The translations under genes were made by a program, and so were the position numbers. A stretch of 64,000 nucleotides of DNA from Camelus dromedarius (lineage: Eukaryota): contig NC_087437.1 in assembly GCF_036321535.1 (NCBI RefSeq), positions 46,192,001 to 46,256,000 on the forward strand, read 5' to 3'. The notes beneath the pieces are model-generated. The model made no database searches. It worked only from the letters and a program-made list of their open reading frames with translations, and was not told the origin of the DNA. How positions within the stretch are numbered: the stretch's first letter is position 1; each line of letters opens with the position of its first letter. Positions 12,206 through 25,640 of the stretch are shown here, one piece after another.

Positions 12206-15200
12206 TTATATATCAAACAAGTTTTCAAGATTACTGATTAATTTTAGTTAGTTAATTGCAGAATTGGGTAAACAAAAAAATCAGTAATCTTTCTTCTTAT
12301 ACCCTTTTGCCCTTTCAAATTGGACAGATTGTGGGAGATTAAATGCAATTATTAAAACATGTAGAAGCAAGACTTTAAACTGAATTTTTCAAGGAAGGCG
12401 TCATGGTCAAATTAAACCTCCAGGAAAAAAGAAGAGTTAACCTACCTACTGCTATTCAAATTTTTAAAAAAATTGTATTTGTCGGTGTACTAAAATGTAA
12501 AAGCTTGAATCATTTTCATTAAATTAAATCTTTAATTTAAAATTTCTTTCAATTTTTTTCTTGATAGACATTACTTTTATAAATGTACAAATATGGAAAA
12601 TCTTTTATTTCAAGGAAGACTGCCTAGATAGCTATGTTTTTGTTCAGAACAATTTCCCCCCTCATTCTTCAAGGCATTGTATCATTTATGTGGGTGTCTG
12701 GAAAATTCCTAATTCTTTCAGATCTGATCATGACCAAATTTCATTCAGGTGCTGCTTCTCTTCAAATAAAAAAGTTTGAATAAAACCTTTATCTTGGTTT
12801 GACAGAGAGAAAAAGCAAAGGGAGAGATGTCCCAATTCTCTCAGTTTCCATTAACTTGAAGCAGAAGCTTTGCCTGTGGAAAAGAAGATATTCTAATGGC
12901 GAGGAGACTGGGGAGATTAAGTGGCTTTCACACTGCCATGTAGGATGTCATTCACTGAATATCTAGAGAACCTGATTTCCAGATCCACACAGAGTGCTCG
13001 CTCCCCTCTGTGCAGCTGTACTGCTGCTGGTTTGCTCTGGGACCCTTCCTAATGTCACAGATAACTTACAGTTCAGGTGATTTGCCTTTAATGGAGTTGC
13101 AAAATCTGTGAACTTCATTCCTCCGTGTTCCATTTCCATTGCCTGTAGCTTATATATAATGTCATTAATGTGTTTCTGGGTCATTTCCCCCTTCTTAGAT
13201 GCATTTATAGGATTTACATGAACTTACGTTTGGCTCTAAATTACAAAAAATTTAGTAAATACAGAAAGGAACACAAATACAAATTAAAATTATCCGTAAT
13301 TACATTTCCCAAAGAACCACTGTTAGCATTTTGGCATATAGCCTTCCTTCCACCCCCTCCCCACCCCCCTGTCCCTGAAAAATAGAAAGAAAAAAAAATG
13401 CTATTTAGAATAGCAGTGAGTACAGAAGCTTCTCCATTCTATAGGAGTAGCAGAATTCGTCTCAGGTGAAGGTTTTTTGTTGTTGCTGTTTTAAAATCTA
13501 GGCCAGCGATAGTTCAGGAATAATTCTGATTCAGGACATTAGAATCCAAATCAGCCCCATATTTCTAAAAAACACACATTTCAAACTTGATATATACATC
13601 AACAAGTTGGTATTAGTCCACAAACAACTTGCAAGAAGTAAAAATTAGCACTCCAGACAAGGGACAAAAAGGAAGAAACAGTAATTTATTCAAATTGAAT
13701 ATTGTGTCTATTTAGACACAACATTTGACAGCAGCTACCTGTTTATTGTCATGACCATCCAGGCTATAACAATGTTATCGCTTTTTGGCTTTGCACGTTG
13801 ATAGACAGTGTTTTTCACTGTGATCAGGAACTGAGGGAGGAAAAGGGAGAGATTTCGTGAGCTATGACACAGTTAAGATTGTACATTGTGATGTCTCTTT
13901 GGTTTGTTGTGTTTTGTCAAAGATGTGTCTGGTATCCATTGTTTTTATTATTTCCAGCTGTCCTAATTATTTCTCTCATTCGATTTTAATTCAGCTTTCA
14001 AAGAGGAGCTGGCTTGCCAGGTGGTTATTATTTTTTCTAAACTTTTTCAGCTCTAATTAAAAAAGATGTCCAATGAAAGTCATTATTTCAGCATTTACTT
14101 GTAACATGTTTATGACCCCATTGAAGAGGGGAGTCACGTGTTCCTAATGCTGATTTCTATTGTTGGCCCTGCCACCCAAGCCCAAGAAGAGAATACATAG
14201 TATAACCTTTCAGAATGTGTATTTGTGTATTTTTTCTTAAAAGACAAAGTACTGTGTTCCTAACTGGAAATAAAATGTTGAAGTAAGACAAATGTTACAT
14301 ATGAATACTCTTGAAAAAATAATCCTAACATTCACTGCTTGCTAATACTTTTAGTTTCCATGAGCTAGGTTTCCTTTGGGTTACATTTTAATAACCAACA
14401 TATTAAAGTTAGTTTTAAAAACAGGAATAAAAGACTGGATCTAGAGGCAAAGGGGAATATGAGGTTAAGTTCAGCTCCATGGGCTTTGATGGGTCAGTTA
14501 TTTATTTATCTGTGGGAAGTGAAACAAATAAATGACTATTCTTCATTCTTCAGTAATGGGAAAACTAGAATCCACTTGGCAATTTTCCTTTGGAAAATTT
14601 TGCTCCATCAACCTTCTCCCCAAAGTCACTTCAATAGCAGAAGGGACCTGGGTGACCTCAGTCCCATTTGGAGCCAAGTTCCTCACCCCTTGCCCTGTGT
14701 CCTCGAGGCCTCTTCACCCACTGCCCTTCATCAACTTCCTTCAGCCACCCTGTCTTGATTGAGGTCATGTCACCTTTTACTCTTCCTTCAAGGGATTTCC
14801 CAAGCCGTTTGCTCAATGGTGGGTGGTACCCTGAGGCATGGGTGTTGCTCCTTTGAAAGTCAGCTTGTGGCCTCTCTGTGTTCGCAGACATTTCACAATA
14901 CAGTCCACAGCCCGGGCTACCCCCGAGAGGGCAGAGTCTGCAGGTCTCATCAGCACCACTTCTGATAACCTCTTTAGAGGCACCTAAAATCTATGCTGAG
15001 TGCATGAAAGAGCTGATCACATTCCTTAATACTCTGCACCTGCCTTTCTTAATGCACATGTAGTAAAATCACTTAGCAAGAGGAGGGCGTGTGAAGGTGG
15101 AGGCCTGAGCCTTGGTGTTCTCTGTAAATGGGGCTCCAATCAATGGGGTGGATGTGAAGGCTCAGTTTGTGAAAGCTCCAGTTACAAAGCAGCTGTCAAT

Positions 15201-16289
15201 AAATATGAGTTCCCTGTCCTTCCTCCTCCAGGTAGATATTCCAACCCTGAATCATTTCTCTTGGGTAGGCTGGTAGCAAGTATGAGTAAAGTCTTTATGT
15301 ACGACTGTTGTACACAGCACCCTGCTCCATAAGGTCCCTGCTAGACGTGTCACTGGAAATGGAAGTCATGATTAAAAAGTAACTCACAGAAGGAACGGTT
15401 TTCTAGGAATGCTTTGGCTTTGATGGCCATTTTATCTGCTTTAAAAAGAACCTAAGGCTACAATTGTAGACAGGATCTTTTCCCTTTCTTTGAGGAATAA
15501 GAGCATCGTTTTTGAAAGAAGCAGCACAAAGCATAAAAACTCTCCTGGACCCAGAGCTCTAAGATATATTTTAGAACTGGCCTAGATCTAGCTTTCAGGA
15601 TATGCCCCCTTACTTGCAGAGAGTGCCGCCTTTGTCCCTTCTCTTCATGCACGAAACCATCCAGACCCAGCACAGCCACATGCACCCACGGACACCCATA
15701 ATTCCCGCCAGTCATAGCCTGTTGCAGGCTCCTCCCTGCAGGATCCATGGCCAAAGCCTACCACTTGGCCTATTCCCTTTGCTCCATTGTGACCAAGAAT
15801 GGCTCCATCCTTACCCAGAACCTGTTGTTGACCCCAGGACTGGGACTCCTGGCTGCCCTCCCTCAGTGAGCACCTAGTTAGTGGTTGGGGAGAAGATCAG
15901 AGGTGGGTGGGTTCCTGTTGTTTTTCATTTACAGGACTTGGATCCTCTCTATACAAGAATACAGAATAGCCAAGCACCCTGAAAGCCCTGTCATTCTACC
16001 TTCCCCACTCTCATCATTTGAAAGTGAGAGCTTCATTACCAGAACCTCCGGGTTCCTGGCACTGCATTCCGGAGTGATTCTTAGAGACTGTTTCTACAGC
16101 ACAGCCTAGATAGAAATGGCTGTCTAATCCTGAATTTACATAAAAAGATAATTCTGTACTCCATCGGGATTACAAAAAGAATTTTTTTAAAGTGTACTTA
16201 AAGCTATTTTAGGCATCTCTATGTGCTAATGGTACAATAGCCTTTGTGAAGAACAGTGAAGTGTAATTATTTGATAATCACCTGGAGCA

Positions 16290-16435
16290 GCTCTCCCCAC
16301 TGTGCCTACTTAACTCCTGCTCATCTTCAGGTCTCAGCTGTAATGTCCCCTCCTCAGAGAGGCCTTCCCCAACCCCCTGGGCTGGGTTACTTCCCTTTGC
16401 AGCACTTATTTTAATTGATATTAAAGACTTACTTG
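16290..16435 (+). mobile_element. L2 LINE 3' fragment
   Basis: CTCCTGCTCATCTTCAGGTCTCAGCTGTAATGTCCCCTCCTCAGAGAGGCCTTCCCCAACC is a typical L2 3' motif. Confidence 0.7.
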
Positions 16436-16439
16436 TGTC

Positions 16440-16545
16440 AAAGCAGCAGCAAAGAGGCTCCAGAATCATATGGCTCACATTTGAATCTTGGCTCTGTCTC
16501 TTACTCACTTTGTGACTTTGGGGGATTTATTTAACTTTTCTGTGT
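16440..16545 (+). mobile_element. MIR SINE, interrupted by the adjacent MLT1A
   Basis: TTTGAATCTTGGCTCTGTCTCTTACTCACTTTGTGACTTTGGGGGATTTATTTAACTTTTCTG. Confidence 0.65.
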
Positions 16546-16912
16546 CTCCGTCTTTGTGCATTTGGGCAGCTATAGCAAAATCCCACAGACTAGGTGGGAT
16601 TATAACGAGCCAATATTTATTCCTTGTAGTTCTGGAGGCTGGAAGTGTTAAGAGCAGGATGTCAGCATTGAGGGGTGGGGTGGTCTGGTGGAGGGGCTCT
16701 TCCAGCCCACCTCTTGCTTTGACTTTGCATAGTGGAAGCAGCCAGGGAGCTCTCTGGGGCCTCTTTTATAAAGGCACTAATCCCATTCACGAGGGACCCA
16801 TGACCTAATCATTTCTCACAGGCCTCACCTCCTAACACCATCACATTGGGGAGTTAGGATTTCAGAATATATATTTGGGGGTGGGGACACAAATACTCAG
16901 TCCATATAGGCA
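16546..16912 (-). mobile_element. MLT1A-type MaLR solo LTR
   Basis: AGTTCTGGAGGCTGGAAGT, CTCTTTTATAAAGGCACTAATCCCATTCACGAGGG, CCTCACCTCCTAACACCATCACATTGGGG, GGGGACACAAATACTCAGTCCATA. Confidence 0.85.
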
Positions 16913-17489
16913 GTGTTTTGTCTTGTCATTTCACTATGTAATGGTGATTCCTATTATGTGCCATATAAGACCATGCTTCCCAGCCTGGCTCAAACCATAG
17001 ACAAATAGACAAATAAAGGATGATGAGTTTATATTAAAAAAAAAGTATGTTTACCATTGGGTATCAATTTCCTTTTTAAGAATTTGGCAGTATGAATATA
17101 TGACGGCCTGCATTCTCACTGGACACTTTCTTTCTTCTTTCTACTTATACTAGTGAGCAATATTTTAATTTTTACCATACTCTTCTCATATTTCTTTGTC
17201 TTGTTTGCCAGTTTTACTTCCCACACCTTTAGAAATGGACTTTATTATTAGCTGTTACCTTCTTTAGTTACTTTTCCAGGTCTTTCCAAAATTTTTACTT
17301 GTTTTTAATGGAATCGTATCTGCTTTTCTTTTTCCACTTCTTGAGTCTTCTGTCACTCCTCCTGGTCAGAGCTCTTGAGCCCAGTATACCATCTGCCTCC
17401 TTCTCCTCTTTAGCCATCTTAAATCTTCCATAGACTCACAGCCTCAGCATGGTAAGAGTTGAATGGGACCTTAGGGAACAAAGGCCAGC

Positions 17490-17600
17490 TCCACTGTTTT
17501 GCAGTTGAGAAAACTGAACCTCAGAAAGGGACGTAATTTGTCCAATGGTGGAGCTGGTTAGTGGAAGGGCTGGGACCAGACCTCTGACTCTTAATCGAGC
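17490..17600 (-). mobile_element. MIR SINE remnant
   Basis: TTTTGCAGTTGAGAAAACTGAACCTCAGAAAGGGACGTAATTTGTCCAATGGT (reverse MIR core). Confidence 0.65.
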
Positions 17601-20600
17601 TCTCCTGTGATAGGCCACACCCCCACCTCTTTGCATAGACATTACTCAACTCTTTCATTTTCTTTAACACACTGTAAACTCTCTTTTACTAGAGAACGTG
17701 AACATTTCCTTTAAGAAATCTAAGACTAGCTAGTTTTCTGCTTTCTCTTCTTTTCCCTTACTTAAGGAACATATTTAGGTTGCTCTTTGGGTCTGAACTG
17801 GGTTTGTAGACCTGAATTGTTTGGTGAAGTCAGGCTAATATTCGGCTAAAATATAACCAAAGCATATTGTGCAATGCTCTGCTGAGTTAGTTAGCAAATC
17901 CCCAGACTAGACAGAAACAATGAGATCTAACATTTGGCCTTTCTGAAATGAATTTTGGATAGTCTTTGCCTGGGTCATTCTCTCAAGGACTGCTTAGATA
18001 ATTATATGGAAAAAAAAAGGTACATTGTTACTGATTTTACATAGAACATGATTAAAAATCTGAAGCATCTTCGTATATTGTAGCAGGTCAATTCACAAAT
18101 GGAGTAAGTTTGCAAATAGAATTAACTAACTGAAATGGGTAAGAAACATTTATAACCTTTGCATTGAGCATGCTATGGTATATAAACCTAGGCTGGCTGC
18201 CTTTTAGAAAAGTTATATAAAAATATGGATGAGCAAAGTCATTCATCCTCCCCCAAGGCCACATAGTGGTCAATTCAGAAGGAACAGACCATCTTCAACT
18301 TACTTAAACAAAGTACCACAAAGACATTACATTTATTAATCAACTGAAAATAATCACTAATAAATGTCATTAAAAAAACACTAATGAATGAAACACCAGG
18401 ATGTAAAGAAAAAGAGAACTTTAAAACATAAAAGAGAACTTCAAAGCATAAAATGTGGTACAAGTCATAGATTGCTAAATTTATGTTGTAGCCATTTTTC
18501 AAACTCATCTAAATGTCACAGCATAAACACTATGTCACAGCAGAAACTCACCTTTCCCCATGCAAAATCTGGCATCATCTAAGACCCCTTTATTAAGGCC
18601 CCAGCTATTAGAGACATTTGCCAATATTATCGGTGTGTTCTGAAAGGTTAATTAAACACTTTTGGCCCTTAGATTGCAGCACTACAGTTCTGCTACAGCA
18701 GAGTGAAATGGGGAAACTGAAGTCTGATGTCCCATGCTTGACGCCAAGGAGCAAAATTCCAAACTCTCTTATAATCCGATTGACACATACAATATTTATC
18801 ACAGATCAGTGGGAGTTCATTATTTCATCAATAGTTTGAAAGATTGGAAGATTATTTAAAGTTGAACAACTGCTTTACAGTAATGGAATTCTATATCAGA
18901 TGTCAAGCAACCCAGTGGACCCTTCTCTTTTTATAACCCCAGTTAGTGCAGTAAACAAGATGCCAGAATTATGTGATGAATGAGATGGAAAGAGCCTGCC
19001 CTTTTCACGGCTTCCAATAGTGGTTTAGCTAGTTGCTTGAGACTTTACAGCAAACATAAAAAAGCTACCTTTGTCAGATTCCTTCTTCTTATTTGTCCGG
19101 AATTTATAGCTACGGGAAAAGAAAATTAAGGCAGCTAATACGGGGTGGCTCTGTTGCTTTCTTCAGAGTAATTTTAAAATTTTCTCCATACTACCTGAAT
19201 AATTTGCACTCAGTAGCAGCAAATGTTGCCTCCTGCAAGTATAACTGAAGTGGTGCTGTGTAGAAATGCAGTGATGCTCTGGTACCTGCAGGACCTCTCA
19301 GAAAGCAGGGGTGGTAGTCAAAATATCTAACAACCAGTAGGATACTGGTTCTGGCCAATCAAATTGGACTTGGCTGAGATGCTTTACCTGTTGAAGTCCT
19401 ATTGGAAGTGTCCTCTGTTGAGATATCTTGGGGTTAGTGGGGGGACTATCCATGACTAATGGCTTGGCGTCCTCTCTGGGTCCACTAAATCTGTGAAGAT
19501 GCTCAGATGATTCAGAATCTGGGGATGACTCCAGCATTGCATATCCACTCCTGGAAATTTTTGTGTTATGGGTTAAAAAAGCAGGGACAGCATGGCATGT
19601 TGGCAAGAGCTCTGGATTAAATGACCGAAAGATTCTATTTTTATGTCCCAACTCTGCTACTTACATGACAGTGGATAATACACATGATCTCCCACTTAAC
19701 TATAGAATGAAGGTACTGGACTAAAATTCCTCTCTGTTCCATGGTTCATTTCAACTTAACACTCATGCCTGCTCATATATCATTAATAAAACCTTTCAGC
19801 TTTCTGAAATGTGAAAGTGCACAGTCTCCTTTAGTGGAAATTTAAGATTGTTATGCAAGTCACCCCAGAGATGTAACTTGCCCCTACCATCATGAGATCC
19901 CTATTTTTGGTTGTTGAGTACTGTTAAGTAAAAAATGTTGTCGGGTTAGGTATTTAGTGTTCTCTTATGTCTTAAACAGTCCCCGATATCATGCCACATG
20001 AAATTGACAGAGTTTCTTAAATGCAAAACTTGGCTTGTCTGGGGTTCAGACTATATCTCTAAAAGAGAAATGCCACATGGGCAGAAAGTTTTGAAGCCAG
20101 CCTGCTGGAGTTGATTATCTCCTTTATGTGCTGCTGGTCTCATCTGCAGATTGTGAAAAAGGAATAAGTAGAAGAATTTTGTCACATTTCATGTGTCTCT
20201 TAAAAACTTGTAGCTCCGTGTTTATCCATTATTATAAGGAGGGGTATACAGAGACTTCTATTACTGCCTCTGGTCCAGCTGCCATGCTGGCCACCAACAG
20301 TCACCTACTGTGCCCACTCCTGCCACTACATTTTACTGAGAGTTAAACATTCCCATTTCCTAAAAATCATGGCAAGCAAGCAGCATTGTCCCTGCCCTTT
20401 TCACATGTGGGATTGCTTGCCGAGTCCAAATCTTTGTGTGGGGTAAATTACTCCTTACGCTGATCATAAAATAAGCATCTGATATTTCCTGCAAATGCTC
20501 TATTTCTTCATACAGAATCAACCTGCCAAAAATATTATGTTTACAATCTAAATATTTGAATCATAAGCCAAAAGAATGGGCGAGTCTGTCTTCCTCCATA

Positions 20601-20919
20601 TTTTGTACAGTTATGTGTCCAATAAACGTTAATTATTGTAATAATAAATAATCAAAAAAGAACACGTTGAGGGGGAGAGTGTGAGGAGTCAGAAATGGTA
20701 AATTGAATTAGTTATGAGAATTATTTAAAGGAAAAAAATGAAAAAAATGCCTCGTAACTGTGCACTCTGCTGCAGACATCTTCCTGGTTTTAGAGCCCAC
20801 TTCATTCTGAGAGGTGTGGGAGTGGTGAAGACCGACTGAAGGGTGTAGGCTGGAACCACTGTCAGGGAGTGGGAAGCTTCCTAAAGGTCGAATGGAGCAG
20901 CTTCAAATCCCAGAGCACT

Positions 20920-21125
20920 GTCACTGGAATCAGGAAGACTTGGGTTTGGATCCAGGTTCTAACAGTTCTAAGTGACCTCTCTCCAAGCCCAGTTCTTCAT
21001 ATGTAAAACGATTTAAAAAGGCTCTGTGAAGGCTTTTATGATTGTTAAATGCAGCTGTGCACAGAAAGTACTTGGCATGATTCTTAAGCATAGTAAGTAC
21101 TCAAAAAATGTAGCCATGACGGTAA
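20920..21125 (+). mobile_element. MIR SINE remnant
   Basis: GGAATCAGGAAGACTTGGGTTTGGATCCAGGTTCT...AGTTCTTCATATGTAAAA...CATAGTAAGTACTCAAAAAATGTAGC. Confidence 0.65.
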
Positions 21126-21686
21126 TAATCACTGGAATCCCCCTCCTTTAATTGACAGCTGTGCTGGGCCTGCCCTGCTGCCCTGGGCAAGCCTTCTGTC
21201 ATGCCTTCGCTCCTGCAGAGAGATGCTTGCTTCATTCCTGGACCGTATGTCTCTTTTTTCTGAGACAGCCTCAGTTTCAAATATTCTGACCCATTGTCTC
21301 CAAAATCAATAAAATAACTGAGAAATCCCAGTATTTGATAAATAGTAACTGAATGACTCAGGGCAAGTAATATAATAACAACATATGTGTCACAAAAATT
21401 GAGTCATAGGCTGCAGGAACTCAGGGATTAATGAGGACACATGTGCACGCTAGCCCACATTCAATGCAATTACGTGTATATATCTGCTGGTGTTTTAGTT
21501 GTAAAGTTGGAGAATATTGCATTTATAAAATCCTTCTAAATTTGGGGCAATGCAAAGGTGATGGGCTGCAGTGGGAGTGGGAGACAGTGAATCTTCCCAG
21601 GTGCTACTGAAAGTACTTAGTAATTTAAAACAATTTCAAAATTGTTCCAGAGGGTCAGAAAAAATTTTTTTAATTCTATTTTATTT

Positions 21687-21772
21687 TTAATGGAGGTACT
21701 GGGGATTGAACCCAGGACCTTGTGCATGCTAAGCATGTGCTCTACCACTGAACTATACCCCAACCCCTCTTA
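21687..21772 (-). mobile_element. tRNA-derived camelid-type SINE (Vic-1-like) with 15-bp TSD
   Basis: Minus strand GGGGTATAGTTCAGTGGTAGAGCACATGCTTAGCATGCACAAGGTCCTGGGTTCAATCCCCAGTACCTCC with Pol III A and B boxes; direct repeat AATTCTATTTTATTT at 21672-21686 and 21773-21787. Confidence 0.9.
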
Positions 21773-23559
21773 AATTCTATTTTATTTCAACATTAAAATA
21801 AATGTGAAGCAATGGCCACAATTTGCCTGGAGAAGACATTTTATAAGAAATCATAAAATCAGACCAAATTTAATCTCAGCAACTGTATCTAGAGTTTTGA
21901 CTTGAAAATTATGGTTAACATATTGATAATCAAAATTCCTGAAGCAGAAGACTCTGTCTACACTGAAGACGTACAAAGGAAGATGGAATATATTTATTCC
22001 TGAAGTGATGGTCACAAAGCATGTGTAACTCATGTTCAATAGAATGATAATGGAGTTGCCTTCTCAAGCCAGTGATTAATTGCAACAAGCCTTAGAAAGC
22101 TACTTAAAAAGCTGTGCTTTGTTTATGGTGTTTATTTCTTTGATTTAAAAATTGTTCTAATTGCAAAACTCTCCCCGGGCATGTGTTCAAATTGTTCAGA
22201 TCCTTTATATGGAAAGCAACCTAGAATAGCAACTAGGTACAAAGAGCAAATAGTTACCTTAGTACCAACCCACTGCACAGAACCAACTAGAAAAAAAAAG
22301 AAGATGCCAACCTTGAGGATCTCCTTCTTGGCTTTGTGTTCATACATGGTGATAAATGTAAGGTATCCTCAGAACTTTGTATTATGGCACCCCTCTGGGG
22401 GTTGAGACAGAACTTTCCCTACTAATAATTGAGACTAACTATCTTCAGAAGTAATGGAAGGGACTGGCTGGTCTACACATATACAGTTATGATTTGGAAA
22501 CCTACAAGGACAGCCAAAGTGGTTTGAGTGGGGTCTCAGAGTTGGACAGTGGAATCTGTTAGCTTAACCCAAATTGACTACATTTCATCATCTGAAGCAC
22601 TAATGTGTTAGTGGGAGCGTGGTGAGCCAAGAAGACGCAAAGAGGGAGAGGACCTGGGCTGCAACGTGAGCATTTGGGGCTGCTTTGTCCCATCAGATGC
22701 TGACTGCTTGGAGAACCAATAGGTAATATCTGCCCACTAGTTCCCCTTGCTCTGATTTCGTGTTTGTCAAGCATTTATGATGATAAAAAGTTTCCAATTT
22801 AAGTTTTCAATCAGGGAGAATCTGCACTGACCAATGTTTGGAGTGTCTGATCATCCTGGCAGTTAGAGTTCTCCATGTAAATTAATTGCCTGCCTGGGTA
22901 AAGGGGAGAATGAAATGACTTACTTGTGCCAAGAAGAAGCAGAGTGAAAAACAGGCTTCAGAGGGCTTTGGAATCCCAGGCTCATTCTGTCACTGACCCA
23001 TAACATACTCCCATCAGCTTCTAGAAGCTTGACAGATGCATGGATAGATCTTGCATCTTCCGGCTTCTTGGTGGGCACTTACGTGAGTGTGTGAGTGCAT
23101 GTACGTGTGCATGCTGAGAGAAGATTCCCCTGTCCCCTCTCCCCAGCAGTTTTTCCTCCTCTCTTCAGGTCTTCACAGGCAGGTCCAGTTCCCATGGCTG
23201 GAATACAGAAATACGTATTTATACGGGTGTATGAAAGTGAGTTACTGAGTGGAGGGTGTGGGTCACAGTGTCCAAAGCATGCTTCAGACACAGATCACTG
23301 TGTTTATACCTTAATCTAATTCCCAGAAGACCTCCCATCTTCCTGGGGGATTGATTGCAGATCCTAGTTATATTCTTTTCACACATTTATTTATTGATGA
23401 GGAGAAATTTATTTTCTTACTGGAAAATAAATAGGCTAACTCCCCAAACCAAAGGCTTCATGACTACTGCCATTTAAAATTCCAGTTCTACAGATTTTGG
23501 AGAGTTATTGAACTATAGTTTTTCCAGTTAAAAGGGACCTTGTAGGTCTTCTATGCCAA

Positions 23560-23760
23560 ATGAGAACAAAAAGAAATACATTTTATACTGCAACCCAGTT
23601 TACACACATGTATACACAAACACAGATAGACAGACACACATACACATAACTGAAATAAAAGTTTCAACATTTTGCTTACTGCCTGGAGTGTGTACTGATA
23701 TTTTCTATTCTATTACAACATTACTGGTCACTAACACAGTAAATTGATTTTACAATTGAT
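23560..23760. mobile_element. Probable hAT-Charlie-type DNA transposon fragment flanked by CA/TG microsatellites
   Basis: ATAACTGAAATAAAAGTTTCA...CTGATATTTTCTATTCTATT...CTGGTCACTAACACAGTAAATTGATTTTAC resembles Charlie-family MER internal sequence. Confidence 0.45.
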
Positions 23761-24399
23761 AATGTATGTGTGTGCGTGTGCATGCGTGTGTGTGTGTGTC
23801 TGTCTATGACTTGCTGAGTTCAAGGAGCTCAACTCTTATCTTCTGCTTAAGTCTCATCTCCAAGTCCCCCACTTCTCCCAATTGTAGGAGCAGTGACCTG
23901 ATAGGAGTTATCCAATTTACCTGTAACTGAACTGGGGTGTTACGATGACTCATACAGGAAGGACACTAAGGAAGGCTGGTGTGGGCACAGAGAAATAGAG
24001 TAAGTGCCTGAGGGTGGAAACAAGGCTGGTAGGTAGGAATGGAGTCTCAGGCAGGGCTAGGAACAATGTTTTAAGCATCCTTAGAGGTCTTTGATGCTGC
24101 CAGTTTTCTCTGTGTCTTTGAGCTCTAGTTCCCTCACCCTGGGCACAGCAAGACTCTCTAAGGGAAACTAATGCTACAGGCTGAAATGTCATGGCTGAAA
24201 CCATGGTGTGTACTTACCCCCAGGATCACATTCTTTCTAATTGAATAATTATAATAGAAATATCACTTCCACATATAAATGATATCATATGAAAAAAATA
24301 TTAATAAAAGTAAGGAAAGAAAAAAAACCAAAACAAAATCCAAAACCAAACAAAAAAATGATAATAAAAAATAACAAAAACCCCCCACGATTTCTTGGG

Positions 24400-24595
24400 T
24401 AATAATGATGTGCCAGTATGTTATCCACATTATGTTATTTAATTTTTGCACAAATTCTATGAATTAGGCAGTATTTCCTCCATTTTAAAAATGAAAAAGG
24501 GCAATGTGTGAAGATTAAACTATTAAATGGCAGAGGCAGGATTTGAACTTCAGTCTGTATGCGCCAATGTGTCTGCTCAACCACAATACCATTGT
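24400..24595 (-). mobile_element. MIR SINE remnant
   Basis: TTATTTAATTTTTGCACAAATTCTATGA...CTCCATTTTAAAAATGA...TGGCAGAGGCAGGATTTGAACTTCAGTCTGT. Confidence 0.6.
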
Positions 24596-25479
24596 CTTCA
24601 GGAACCGGCCAGATGACCTTCAGAGCTGATGGAGTGCTATCCCTGGGAAGTTGTGTCTTCCCTTGTTTCAGAACTTCCTGTGTTTCTGGAGCACTGCTTC
24701 TGAAACTGATTTGTATATCCTGTTATTCCAGAGACATACAGAGAAATCAGACTAAAGATAGTAACCTTTCTTTCAAAGACTATTTTTTGAAGATAATAGG
24801 GGAAGTATAACATTTTCTAAATTGAAAGCACCAATATTTATATTTGCATGCCACCAAAAAAGACTGGGTACAAGCTAAAGTGTATAGGGGGCAGAAATCC
24901 ATGCATTATATGTATGTTTGCACTTCTATTTTCAGAAGGTATTATTTAAGAAAAATCTCTAGTAAATCAAAGTGTAAACAAAACCTAGCTTTTATACTGA
25001 AAATGCAAAATGGGAAATAAAAACGTAATTGTGAAAGGCAGACATACTTTTATTTACTTAGTACCATATTATGATCACTGTGATTTAGGCCATGGGCTTT
25101 ACTTAAATCAAAAACCTTGGGAATATAAGTGTAAGTCCAATTGTTTAATTTGCTAATTATGCTTCCCCTTAGAATGAGGCTTATCATTTTTGTGGGTGGT
25201 ATTTTATTATGTTACTTTATTAATATGAGAAGAAGAGGCTGTAAAAATGGTGCAATATTCCTACTTCATACACAGATATTTTAAGCCTGAAGTTAGTAAT
25301 TATGAATAAAATTAAAATCCATTGCATTTTAGTTCTAGGAAATAATATACAAACTTAATTATATCTTCTAGGTAGCAGTTGTTTATTCTATTCCAGACTA
25401 TTCCTCATTACAAAAATGAAATACTTGACAAAACAGTAAATTTGAAAAAGAAAGATAGCCGTAGAATTATAGACCTTTA

Positions 25480-25640
25480 GAGCTGGGAAAGAGTATCTTA
25501 GTGGTAACCTAGTTTTTGTTGTTGTTTTATGAACAGGGAAACGGAGGCCGAGGGAGCTGAGGTAATTCTTGCAGCTCACACAGCGAGGCGGTGGAAAGCC
25601 CCGGCCACAAGAGCCAGCGTGTCCTTATGTCCAGGCTGGT
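25480..25640 (-). mobile_element. MIR SINE remnant, unusually CpG-containing
   Basis: TTTTATGAACAGGGAAACGGAGGCCGAGGGAGCTGAGGTAATTCTTGCAGCTCACACAGC (reverse MIR core). Confidence 0.6.

Noticed and set aside
21687..21772. tRNA-Ala-like gene (also 46340-46420)
   Set aside because: It has an A-rich tail, a flanking TSD and a second diverged copy in the window, so it is a tRNA-derived SINE rather than a tRNA gene.
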